From: Paramecium tetraurelia
Taxonomy: Eukaryota
DNA length: 64,000 nucleotides
NCBI GenBank assembly: GCA_000165425.1
Contig: CT868219.1
Span: 314,728-378,727 of the forward strand
Direction: 5' to 3'
Shown here: positions 46,611 to 57,821 of the stretch, in pieces
Layout: every line of letters begins with the position of its first letter
How positions within the stretch are numbered: position 1 is the stretch's first letter
The notes under the pieces: generated by a model
What the model was told of the DNA's origin: nothing
What the model saw: only the letters and a program-made list of their open reading frames with translations
Database searches by the model: none
Program-made: the position numbers and the translations under genes

Positions 46611-47394
46611 ATGTACTCTTAAGGCACTTAATATCCAAATTCTAAGTACAAAACCTAACTTTGTAGACATTTTAGTATTGAGTTGATAATTATCTGAATA
46701 GCACAGAATGGAGTTTGCGCTTTAGCAATAAGATGTTAATTTGCACATGGACCATAAGAACTTCGATAGAATGCTTAACAGCCACAAAGCTTCCCAGAGC
46801 AAACAATCTAAACAAATGCGTTTAATAAAGTATAAGGAATCAACCCTATGATCGTGAATTACAAAAGTAAGATTAAGGACTAATTAATGTAGCATAATTA
46901 TGTAAGCATTTTAATCCTTAAACTGGATAATGTAAAAATGGCCCTACATGCACATTTGCACATGGTGAAAATGAATTAAACACAATGCCATATTTACAAA
47001 ATTAATATTTGTAATGTTATTAATTGATTATTTCTGATTAGATTGATGTAATAGCAGATGAAACAGATGAATTAGCAATAAATGTAGGCAGAATTAACAT
47101 AACAAATATTAGTGATGATCTTAACAAATATGGAACATATTTTTCCAGGTTAGCAAGTATTAAATACTTTAATTGTAGTAAATACTGGCATTGCTGAAAC
47201 AAGGATAGGAGAAAGCAAAATCAGGCGATACTTAGGGAGCAAGTGAAATTATCAAACTCATAATACACGATTAGGAGAGATCAAAAGAAGAGAAATAGTA
47301 ATATCAATAAATTTATAATAATGCTTAAAGGCATTATGATTAAAAATTGAAAGAGATTTAATCTTCATAATAGTAGTAGTAATAGCTTTATTGA
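46611..47394 (+). CDS. Tandem CCCH zinc-finger RNA-binding protein (TIS11/ZFP36-like)
   Basis: KYKTQLCRHF..NGVCALAIRCQFAHG and TQLCKHFNPQTGQCKNGPTCTFAHG, followed by a Gln-rich helical C-terminus; short introns. Confidence 0.88.
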
Positions 47395-47525
47395 AATATA
47401 TTATTATATATACAGATATTATAATGAAAATTGATGTTATATTTTTAGGGAGATGCAAGACTTGTAAGTCCTAATGGAAATGGCAAAGACACTTAAAGGT
47501 ATGTTTATAATTAATATACATATTT

Positions 47526-48142
47526 TCATTAGATTTATTATTGCTGTTATTACTTTTACAATTATGCTTGTTTCCATTGTTTTAAATACTCGATTATTTA
47601 TAAAATGTTTTGCTCTAATTAAGGCACTTCCTCATTATTCAACTCCATAATAATATTTTGTTTATAAGAACTAAACATAATTACAATATTAAACAACCTT
47701 TCGACCTCATCTTTGCTGACATCTAGAATTTCACACTCGATATTCTCTGTTATCTTCTTATCTTCGTATCCTCTGGCTTTGAGTCTGTCATATAAGACAG
47801 TGTTGTTGGTCCTTAGTAACACAACTAAGTCGAACCACTAAATTTATAACTCTGAAATACTCGTTCAGGGAAGAATGAAGATGTATGAAAATCAATGATC
47901 ATTCCTCCTGCTGACATAGCATCTTCTAATTCATCACATACCATGTCCTAATCAAATTCAGGCACATTAAATTCTTAATTCCATTCCTTATACAATTTCT
48001 TTTGATTTATTAGCAACCCAATATCAACATATTGGAGACCCTCGATATGTTCACTCAACAATTTCCCTAAGGTGCTCTTTCCAACTCCTGGTGTACCAGT
48101 AACTAAAATGTTTGGCTTTTACCTATTATTTTCAATTTCCAT
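47526..48142 (-). CDS. AK6: Adenylate kinase 6 / Fap7 / CINAP
   Basis: [59 protein letters not shown]; two introns. Confidence 0.93.
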
Positions 48143-48201
48143 AAATTAATTATGAATTGTAAGAATAAATTAAAGTCTTATATTCATTTAAGGTTTAGAA
48201 G

Positions 48202-48274
48202 GCGGTTGTGGTGTAGTGGTTATCACGTCAGTCTCACACACTGAAGGTCCCCAGTTCGAAACTGGGCAATCGCA
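48202..48274 (+). tRNA. tRNA-Val(CAC)
   Basis: Acceptor GCGGTTG/CAATCGC, D-arm GTGTAGTGGTTATCAC, anticodon arm TCAGT-CTCACAC-ACTGA, T-arm CCCAG-TTCGAAA-CTGGG, T-run terminator. Confidence 0.95.
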
Positions 48275-48458
48275 TTTTTTTGTTAATAATATATATTATA
48301 TTAAAATTTATTATAAATTTATCCTCCCATTTTTGATTATGTATTTTTCATCATAATCATACAATGTATGAGATTGATATTATATCCAAAAAAGAATTAT
48401 TGATAACTGTAAGATATTGGACATATTTAATAAAATTCTTTTTTTAATCTAAATTTAA

Positions 48459-49292
48459 ATGAAAGTACCATCTTTGGAAGGAGAAATGTTTATGACAGCA
48501 GTATATGCTCCGAGTGCCAGAGCCTCTTGCAGAAGCTGTTAGGCTAAAATAGCCAAAGATGAACTTAGATTAAGCAATATTGTGGATGAAGATCATTATC
48601 ACCAACAACTTCATTACCATGCAGATTGTTTCTAATTAAAACCAGATTTTAAGAATGCAACCTATAAAGATATCTTTCATGTAGAAAATTTAACAAAGGC
48701 AGATCAAGAAAAAGTCAAGGCTATTCTTGAAAAACTACAAAAAATGGAATACAAAAAGAAACCTTAATAAAAAAAAGCTAATTCAAAATCTAAGAATAAC
48801 AAATAAAAAAAAAGTGAACTGGAAGATGGTGGCGATAGTGGGGATGATAACAAAAAAACCAAGAAATAGAGGAAAGAGGTAGCAAAAAAGGATAAAAAAT
48901 TAGAGACTACCAAAAAAGCAGAATCATATGAAAGTCAGAGTGATGAAGATGAGCCTGGCATCCTTGTACTTTATGATAAGCCATAAAAGGAGGAATTCAG
49001 GAAGATCCAATAAGATTTAGAGAAAAAGACAGCAGGTTAATTGAAGTCGATGCTAAAAGCGAATGATCAAACATAAATGGGAAATAAAGCAGAACTTATT
49101 GAGAGAATCGCTGACTGTATGATTAAGGGATGTTTAGAGAAATGTCCCAATTGCTCTGGAGGAAGACCAAAATTTAATCCAACGTAGAAAGTCTTCAAAT
49201 GTCCAGGATACATGGATGACACAGAATTTAGATTTTGCAATAAAGTTTATGGGCCAAAAGATCTCAAGAGAATTCCCTGGGTTGATGTTTGA
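48459..49292 (+). CDS. PARP-type zinc finger + PADR1 (Zn3) protein without catalytic domain
   Basis: Intronless 277 aa: YAPSARASCRSCQAKIAKDELRL...HYHADCF (zf-PARP); basic/acidic linker; LKSMLKANDQ..GNKAELIERIADCMIKGCLEKCPNCSGG...FKCPGY.....FC (PADR1). Confidence 0.88.
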
Positions 49293-49306
49293 TATTTATA
49301 TAACAA

Positions 49307-49451
49307 TTATGTCGAAGATATTACTGATTGATAATATATGGAATATTAGCAATCCCAGTTATGATCTTCTATCTTTTTTGCACCGTAGACAAACCGACAC
49401 TCTTTATAATAATTTCGATGAAATTAAACAGTGTGGAGATACAGGGTGCTT
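49307..49451 (-). ncRNA. Box H/ACA snoRNA (hairpin-H box-hairpin-ACA)
   Basis: Minus strand: hairpin GCACC...GGUGC with inner ACACU/AGUGU and AAUUUC/GAAAUU stems; A-rich ANANNA hinge (49374-49379); hairpin GAAGAU...AUCUUC with ACUG/CAGU and GAUUG/CAAUC; ACA three nt before the predicted end; about 145 nt. Confidence 0.75.
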
Positions 49452-49466
49452 ATAATAGTTATACTA

Positions 49467-49910
49467 GAGTGTATACTCTCCCGTAGACTCAAATATATTC
49501 AATTTAAGGTGTCGAAGCGCCCTCAACAATGAAATTAATCAAAGTTTGTGAATACAGCCTTAAGGTTTTGGGAGAGAGTATATTTATCACAAATTGTAGT
49601 ACCATCTTCACATTAAGTATAATCAAGCATGCAAAACGCAAGACCTGAAAATGTATGCCAAGATGTATATTTAATTTGTGATGAAAAAGTATTTTAATTA
49701 ATTAATTAAATCCATCAAATACTTATTCTCATTTCAATCTTGAGATATTCATATATAAATTTATTGCATTATTTTATATCTCATCTTTCAGGGAAGGAGG
49801 AGGGCAACTGTCTTAATATAATAATAGTATTTCAATAAATTTATAAACAAATGTTGTGTCGACAATAAAAAATGCAATGCCATTTGGATATTGAACATTT
49901 AAACACAAGT
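49467..49910 (-). ncRNA. Further tandem hairpin-ACA units, probable polycistronic snoRNA cluster
   Basis: Successive imperfect hairpins each followed by ACA: UAUACUCUC/GAGAGUAUA (49472-49582), AUUUUCA/UGAAGAU (about 49600-49655), AUGAGA..AAGUAUUU/AAAUACUU..UUUCAU (49681-49732), UUGUGU/ACACAA (about 49854-49908). GC content is above flanking intergenic DNA. Confidence 0.5.
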
Positions 49911-50015
49911 GAGGAGTAAAACAATTTATTATCATATGATTAATGGGACACAATTTGTTATTGAGTATTTATTAATTAATAAAATTTTAATTGTTCGATT
50001 AACGGAATAAAAATA

Positions 50016-51912
50016 ATGAAAAATTCCCTGACTAAATTTTATACTTTAAACTCATTTTCACAAGATAAAAGCTATACCTTTGTGAAATTGCGAAAAGAGT
50101 AATTATAAGAGGAAATCATTAGAATCAATGATGAAACAGAATTTGAAGTAATGATAATTATGAATTAAAAAGGATTTTGCTGAATTCAAGTCATTAAATT
50201 AAAACGAAACCATAATCTCAATCAAATACACTGTTGATCAATTCTATGACCCTTTTTAATAGTAAGAGATAAAAGTGGAACATTATGTCTAAGAATTGAT
50301 TTACAATGTACGTCGAAAATACCCCTACATTACAGTGTTGGAAAAGCGAATATCTCAATCCGCATAGTTGCAGTGCCAAATTTAACTTTACAATCAGAAA
50401 CACAAGATTGTGTTGTTCAACAAACCATTTACAAATACCTAACATATCTTGGAACTATTGAAACTCTACATAGAGAGAGGAACAATCAACATTAAATTCA
50501 TCTGTCACAATTAGGACATAATTGCTTTGGGGGGTCAATTGAATAATTTGTTTGAAGATGCTTTTATCACAATCTCATAGAAGGATAAATTGCAAATCAA
50601 TGATAAGTCACATATCCCTGCCAAATTGATTACAATAAACAAGAAGCTTACATCTAACTTTATTAATTTCAAAGATCTCCCCTTAAATAACGATTATGTA
50701 GTGGATGTGTAAGGAAAGCATTTTAAATATGTGCATCAAGAAGTAAATTTCAAAGAGAATGTCATTGAGTTGGAAAGGAATGACATCATCTAGGCCAAAT
50801 ATAAATTGATTCATCAAGGGAAATTGGTAGAAGCCGATAAGTTCCTGGTTAATGGCATGCCTATCATTTTTAATGGCGAATATAGGTTTTGGACAAAACC
50901 GTAGATGGAATATATTGTTAATATCGAGAAATTAGATTTCTATCCTAAACAGCAAATGTTAATAACAAAAGGTCTGGGAGAGTATAGATAGGAGATTGAG
51001 ATGATTAAAATATAGAAAACTATTCTGAGAATTACTAGTAAGAATATTATAGATTCATCCATACTTGACAGTGTAGATATAAGTATAGATGGTAAGTTTG
51101 TTGGATAGACAAATAAAAATGGTACCATAGTAATTTAGAATCTTGATTTGAGAAGCTTCGTAATCAAAGCATCGAAAAAGGGGTTTCTCACAATGCCTTT
51201 ACAATTTGACATATCTGCAAATAACATTGGCTAAAGTCTATTAATTGAGATGTTTCCTGATTATTTTAGTTTAATGAATTAGTTCCACATTTTGGTAGTC
51301 AAACCTAAGAGTGCAAAGAATTTATCACTCTAATTAATTGATTTAGACGAGTAAAATAAAAGCAATATCCAATAAAAGATAGTTCCATATAGCAATGGCA
51401 ATATAGTAAACTACGGAATACATATTGGTAATTTCGATGTGTTCGACAAACAGAAGAATATCTATCAATTGTTCATCAAGGATTCTAAGGAAGTCTTGCC
51501 ACGATGCAGATAGAGCAGCTAAAACTTAAATAAGAAATCATAACATGTTAATTCATCGCCAGTAAATCAAATGAAAACTAGAATAAATAATCAGAATTCT
51601 GATTTAAAGACAGAGAGAGGGTTAAATCAAAATAAGAAATCTACTCCGAATCTAGAGGTTGAGCACTTACACATCTACTTATCTTTTGGAATGGATATAG
51701 TGTGTTCTCAAATTTTTGAGGTTGAAAAATTCGCCTCAAAAGTTTATGCAACGATAAATTGTAAAATTTATTGATTTATTTTATTAGTGCACAGAAGAGT
51801 TGTTGAGTTAGATGGTAAGGCTTATAGCTGCAAGAAACAGACGTCTTAATAAAAAACAAATAAAAGAAGTAACACTGGAAATATTCTATAATTATTAACA
51901 AATCAAATATGA
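50016..51912 (+). CDS. Hypothetical protein with PEGA / carboxypeptidase-regulatory-like beta-sandwich repeats
   Basis: Long ciliate-code frame with introns; VDISIDGKFVGQTNKNGTIVIQNLDLRSFVIKASKKGF and similar degenerate repeats. Confidence 0.65.
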
Positions 51913-52025
51913 TTACTTTGTTATATGCATTATTTTAATATAAATAAAATCTATTAATAGTTGAATAAATATAGAACTCTTTATGAATTTTATACAAATA
52001 ATCATAAATAAATTAAGAAATTGGC

Positions 52026-54276
52026 ATGAATAACTCTAGTCTAAACGATGATACTCATTATTGTTGCATAATTAATAGTAGAAGAAATTCAGATTCATTT
52101 TTTGCAAATCATGTTATAGATGATGAAGTATAATACTATTTTATTTAGGGTGATGTATTAAGTACTAATGCAGTGCTTTTATAACTATATAAAGGGGGTT
52201 TGGATATAGAAGTTATCAAAGCCAATTTGGAGAAAGTCAGATTGAATCCGAATTGGTTGAGTTAGAAGAGAGATGATTTGGAGTATTATATACCATAATT
52301 TATCAATTACTTGGTATTCAAAGAAAATCATAAAGAATTAATAAATTTCTTAATAAATGTATGCGAAAATCACTATTTTTTTGCGCATTTGACATACTTT
52401 TAATTAAAATCCTTATCGCAAGTAGTGAATAAAAAAGTCATAAATCTCAAAGAGGTTTAAGAGTTTTTGATTGAATACATAAATATAATGAAAGCACAAT
52501 ATGGCGATGAATATTTAATCAACGGACATGAATATGTTTCCCATAACATAAACAAAGAAGCAATCTAGATTTATGGCACTGCAGATTATGATTATTCAAC
52601 ACCTAAACTTAATGCATCAGAAATTAATATAAAGCAATACACTTCAATAAATGGAGATGATTAAATGACAGATAGCAGTATAGGATTCTCATCTACAATC
52701 AATTTCTGGAATGACATAATCCGAATTTCTGAAAGGTATTTCAATTTGTTATTTAGACTATATTTAGCTTACCCATAAATAATATCCTTAAAGGCAGATC
52801 TACAAAGAATAAATGAGAATTTACCATCTTCTGTTTACATACCTTTTGTTAAGGACTAAATTAGAAACTATGTAATCTTGAATATAGTGGCATCAGAAAG
52901 CAAAGTATTCTCTACAAAAGAAAGATCACCCTTCTATATTTGCCTAGAAATCTACAGGCCAGATGTTGAAAAGGATCAAAGGAATGACTACAAATAATCC
53001 ATTGCAATGACCTTACACAAATCTATATTACCATAGAAAATGTCGATAACAGGTTCAATCAATATTGATTAAGCCAAATGTATAGTGTTCCATATATAAT
53101 AAGATACAAAAGTCCATAATATCTCAGTTTCACAGCCTCTTCAAATCATTGAAGAAGACGTCATTGATGAAACACCCACTGTTTAGTTTTACTCGCCCTA
53201 AAATGATGACGAGAAAAGTGTTTATTAATCATTTTTAAAAGAGCAGAATGATGATTTCGTTAGTGTAGCTAGTTCATTTGTATAAGATGTACAACAAAAA
53301 AGTATATTGCTTGGAGAAGATGGACAGCATTTATTTGGTGAATCAGCCAAGGATTAGGAACAAAGAATTAGGGATTAGTCCTTATTTGGTAATTTGAAAT
53401 CCTGGCGATTGGTTCATCTCATTGTGAAATCAGGGGATAATCTGAAATAGGAGTAATTTGCCATGCAACTCTTATCAACTATAGATTAGATATTTATAGC
53501 TGAAGATCTTCCTATGAGATTATCCATTTATGAAGTGCTATCCTTGGGACCTAATTATGGATTAATAGAAATGGTGAAAGATGCTATTACAATTGATTCA
53601 TTAAAACGATAGTTATGGAATAGACAATAAACATTGACCTAATTCTTCGAGTAATCAGTATATCTGTTCGATTATTAGTAATAATTTTAGTGATCGTCAT
53701 CGAACCAATTTCCTGCATAGCTTAGTTGGATATTCTCTAGCCTGTTATATTCTCTAACTCAAAGATAGACACAATGGAAACATTTTATTAAAAAGAGATG
53801 GCCATTTAGTCCATATAGATTTTGGATTTTTTTTGGGAAATGCACCAGGAAAGGGAATCGAAATAGAAAATAAAGTCCCATTTAAGTTGTTAAGTGAATA
53901 TATCGAAATACTTGGTGGGGTTTAAAGTGATTTGTTTAAAAAGTTTAGAGAACTGTTTTATAAAGGTTTTATGGCCCTTAGAAAACATAGTGATCGAATC
54001 TTATTACTTGTAAAAATGATGTAATTTATAACATATGAATCTAAAGGTACTCTGGACATAAGAACTCTATGCCATGTTTTAAAAGAGGAGATAAATCTAT
54101 AACTCAATTGGAAGAGAGATTTTATTTGTAGGAGGAGAATCAAAGATTAAATGTTATCTGTTAAAAGTATAATCACTCTATATTTATATATTAGTATCAT
54201 CAATTCGTCCATAGATAACTGGAGGGCAAAATGGTATGATAAATACCAATATTATTTTCAAGGTATCTTTTATTGA
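52026..54276 (+). CDS. Phosphatidylinositol 4-kinase type III beta (Pik1-like)
   Basis: LEYYIPQFINY, INENLPSSVYIPF, KVFSTKERSPF, IVKSGDNLKQEQFAMQL, LQLKDRHNGNILL, HIDFGFFLGNAPG, WYDKYQYYFQGIFY. Confidence 0.93.
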
Positions 54277-54796
54277 TTTAAGTTATTTTCATAATTAAAT
54301 AAATAATTTTGTAAATGCAATTATTTAATCACTTTTCGTCATCTTTTAAATAACAAAAGACAGAATTTTATTTTTGTAACTATATTTAAATTCAATTTTA
54401 TTTTTTATATAATCTAAATTATAAAATTATTTTTAGCTCTCAAATCAATTTGAGAATCTTATAAAGGTATTCTATCAAAGTCCAAAATATATATATATAG
54501 ATTTGAAATAAACTAAAGCAATCTATGAAACTAATAATTAGAGGAAGAATTTTTATATATAAATCTATGAGTAATTTGATGATTTCAATAAGACAAGAAT
54601 ACAATACTTATGTCTAATTATTAAATGAAATTTGAAGTATCAATGTTATTAATTATAATTAATTACAAATGAATTAAATAATAGGAAATAATTAAGAAAT
54701 CGGATATTAGAAGTAATTGCAATCCTTTAAGAGTCACTTATTCATGGGAAAATAATATTATGGATAAAAGAAATATTGATTAATAAATAAAATAAA

Positions 54797-55355
54797 ATGC
54801 TTTTCATTCTTGACACAATGGTTAGTGCAGCAGCAGACACTACTGAAATAAGTGCTTCTTCATTTTTTGGTTTTATGGGAGTCACAATGGCTTTGGTGTT
54901 GGCAAGTATGAATTAAGGATGAGTCTTTAAGATTTGGGTGCAGGTTATGGAACATTCAAGGCTGGTGCTGGTATAGCAGCCATAGGTATTTGGAAACCTG
55001 AGATAATTATGAAATCATTAATACCAGTAGTTATGGCAGGTATTTTGGGTATTTATGGTATGATCGTTGCAGTTTTGCTGTCATAAAAAGGTATGTGTGA
55101 GATTTGTAACCCAAAATAGTGAAAAACCCTTTGGAATACTCATATAAGTCTGGATTTGCACATATGGCATCGGGATTATGTTGTGGTTGCAGTTGCATAG
55201 CAGCAGGTTTTGCAATTGGCATTGTGGGAGACGTGGGTGTTCGAGGGAATGCACAGTAGGAGAGATTGTTTGTTGGATTGATTTTGATTCTCATTTTCGC
55301 AGAGGCTTTGGCATTATATGGTTTAATTGTATCCTTGATCTTATCGCAATCATGA
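54797..55355 (+). CDS. V-type ATPase V0 proteolipid subunit c (16 kDa)
   Basis: [87 protein letters not shown]; two introns. Confidence 0.96.
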
Positions 55356-55389
55356 GTTTGAAGATATCATAATATATTATGAAATAAAA

Positions 55390-55779
55390 TCAAAATTCAT
55401 CTCCTCTAATTCTTCTTGCTAAATTGATATCTCTTTGCATCACAGTCATTCTTTTGGCGTGATGTGCACAAAGAACACTGTCTTCTAAGAGATTAACTAT
55501 AAATGCTTCCGTTGCCTCTTATAAGGCAAATATGGCGCTACTTTGGAATCTCATTTCTTTTTCATTCACTCCTGCTATCTCTCTTATTAATCTCTAAAAA
55601 GGAATCTTCCTTATTAATAAACGAGAGCTCTCTTGAAATTTTCTGATTTCCTTCAAAGCAACTGTTCCAGGTCGGAATCTGTGTGGTTTTCTTTCCTTTC
55701 TTTTGGATTTCATTTTTTTTCCTGAGTTTTTAGCAATGCTTTTCTTTGACATCTCTTTGCCTTCTTTGGTACGGGCCAT
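55390..55779 (-). CDS. Divergent histone H3 variant (129 aa)
   Basis: Histone fold [19 protein letters not shown]...[16 protein letters not shown]...[16 protein letters not shown]...[20 protein letters not shown], with a non-canonical shortened tail. Confidence 0.92.
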
Positions 55780-56063
55780 AACTTTAATGCGAGGGAAAAA
55801 AAATAAAACAAAAATTATTATTGATTAATCATTTTTCCGTCAAATTTAAATTTGAATTACAATTTATATTCAATCAAATAAACGAGTTTAAATAATGAAA
55901 TCACGTAAACTATTTAGATTCATTTTATAAAAGATAGATTAACTATGTGTTTAATTGAAAAGCATTATTAATTAAATATTATTGTAAAATTAAACAACTG
56001 ATTAATAACTTTATACAATATTACGGGTTTTATGTAGTTGACGATCCCCAAATATTCGAACGT

Positions 56064-56136
56064 GGGGTAATAGCTCATTTGGTAGAGCGTATGCTTAGCA
56101 TGCATGAGGCGCTGAGATCGAAGCTCGGTTGCTCCA
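56064..56136 (+). tRNA. tRNA-Ala(AGC)
   Basis: Acceptor GGGGTAA/TTGCTCC with G3:U70, anticodon arm TATGC-TTAGCAT-GCATG, ATCGA T-loop typical of eukaryotic tRNA-Ala, T-run downstream. Confidence 0.93.
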
Positions 56137-56480
56137 TATTTTTTATTTTTTATTTTTATAATAATTCACACGTATTATAATATTATAACATTCATGTTAT
56201 TCTACGTTAGAACTCAATAGTTTATACCAAAATCAATACGATCTGATAGTTGATCAAGTATTATATATGTGTTTTAAGTGATTGAGGTTGAACGATGATT
56301 GCAATGCATAGAGTTTTGGACTTTTGAGATGATTGTGCAGATGAAAAATAATGATTGATGGAAAATCTATTGCGAAGATGGTCACAAGCACAGAATGTGT
56401 CCCAATTATAAAATATGGAGGTATTAATAATTTATATTCCAATTATATTAAAATTAGATATTTATTTTTTTAAATAAATA

Positions 56481-56839
56481 ATGAGCACCTAATAGACCCA
56501 AAGACCTCAAAAATAAAAGCTTGATCCAGCAGATAACTAATTGCACGTGTCATCAAAGAAGAGTGCTAAGGAATTCATTTTCATCGCTAAAATATTTTTG
56601 AAGAAATTCAATAGTGTTGAATTACATGCATTAGGTGAAGCCACAAAGATCAGTGTTAGAGTAGCTGAAAATTTGTAGAGATAAGGTATTGAAAATCTTA
56701 TCCTCTAGGTTTAATTACAATATCTAAGATTAATTCTTTCACAACCGATATCGATGGAAGAAAAAGAGTGAAATTGGTTATCATTTTGCAATTGACCTAA
56801 GACGGAAAAGCAAGAATTGATCAAGAATTATAAGCTTGA
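56481..56839 (+). CDS. Alba-domain DNA/RNA-binding protein
   Basis: NQLHVSSKKS..FIFIAKIFLKKFNSVELHALGEATKISVRVAENLQRQGLITISKI...VKLVIIL; one 23-nt intron. Confidence 0.85.
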
Positions 56840-57821
56840 GTGATTAAGTGATGGCAAATAGTATACATATATTAATTTGTTTATATTTATCAGTATGAAT
56901 CCTGAATAAGTCCTCTTTATATTAATATATTGTCTCTATACCCTTATAGAATAATTTAATTAAATATCACATCAAATTTCCCCTACTTTATATATTTATG
57001 CAGAATTGCAATAGTATTAATAATTATGCTGGTCATTAAATAGAATTCACGAATGCTACTCTTCAATTTTGATTAAGAGAATCAATTAGAACTATAATCA
57101 AGAGGTTTCTACTACTATTGATAGCTTCATATTGATTTCTCTTCCCAAGATCATGCAGGTTGATCTAATATTAAATTTAATATAAATGCTCTTTACCTAA
57201 TATATTAATAAGTATTTTCAATTTAAATATGTTTAATTTTACTAATTCATAGATTGTTAGGTTTAATTAGTGATCTTATTTTATTTTGAATCTTGTACTA
57301 ATTTTAGGAATATTTGTTTTTGTATATATAACTACCATATTTAGTTTCTTGGATTTAAGAGATTTGATGGTCCAAAAATATGAAATAAAAGGATATTTTT
57401 AATCCTAATGAGCTATAAATTTATTGTTTTGTTATTATTTCAATTCATCTAATTATTTAACAGTTTTCAACAACCATAAAGTTTAAATTATCTAAGAACT
57501 GTTATTAAGAGAACAAAATTGAAGTGTTACAATTAAAATCTAACAAATATTGAAGTTATTTTATTTAATGATTATAACACTGGGGCTTATTTAATAGAGA
57601 TATTATTGACTTTAAAATCTTGTAATATCCATTTTTCTATTTAATTTTATAGGTAGTCATTTCATATTATGTTATTAGAATAAATTATTATAGATTCACA
57701 TTCATAACTGCAATTAATGAATAGTTTGTTTATTAAAAAACACGTTTAATCTATTTTTATTTTTGGTTCTTAGTTATTAATCTGAGATGTAAAACAATAT
57801 ATATGTAATTAAAATATAAAT

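Noticed and set aside
49505..49560. Minus-strand Cys-TGA-Gly reading suggesting a selenoprotein
   Set aside because: No ATG-linked frame, homology or SECIS that I could identify; it lies inside an RNA hairpin.
49216..49650. Plus-strand ORFs downstream of the PARP-finger gene
   Set aside because: No recognisable protein features; nested stems with H and ACA boxes on the minus strand explain the region better.
49300..49960. Telomerase RNA, U3, U17/snR30, RNase P/MRP or spliceosomal snRNA identity
   Set aside because: Diagnostic motifs (C4A2 template, U3 box A, correctly placed m1/m2, CR-I/CR-V, snRNA signatures) were not found.
55031..55372. Track ORFs over the V-ATPase c gene
   Set aside because: Antisense or off-frame readings of the proteolipid gene.
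55390..55779. CenH3 assignment
   Set aside because: Loop 1 is not extended and the Q68/F84 equivalents are canonical; left as an unassigned variant.
56150..56450. Possible C/D snoRNA or small ORF after tRNA-Ala
   Set aside because: Only partial GATGA/CTGA motifs in unsuitable order, and no coherent ORF.
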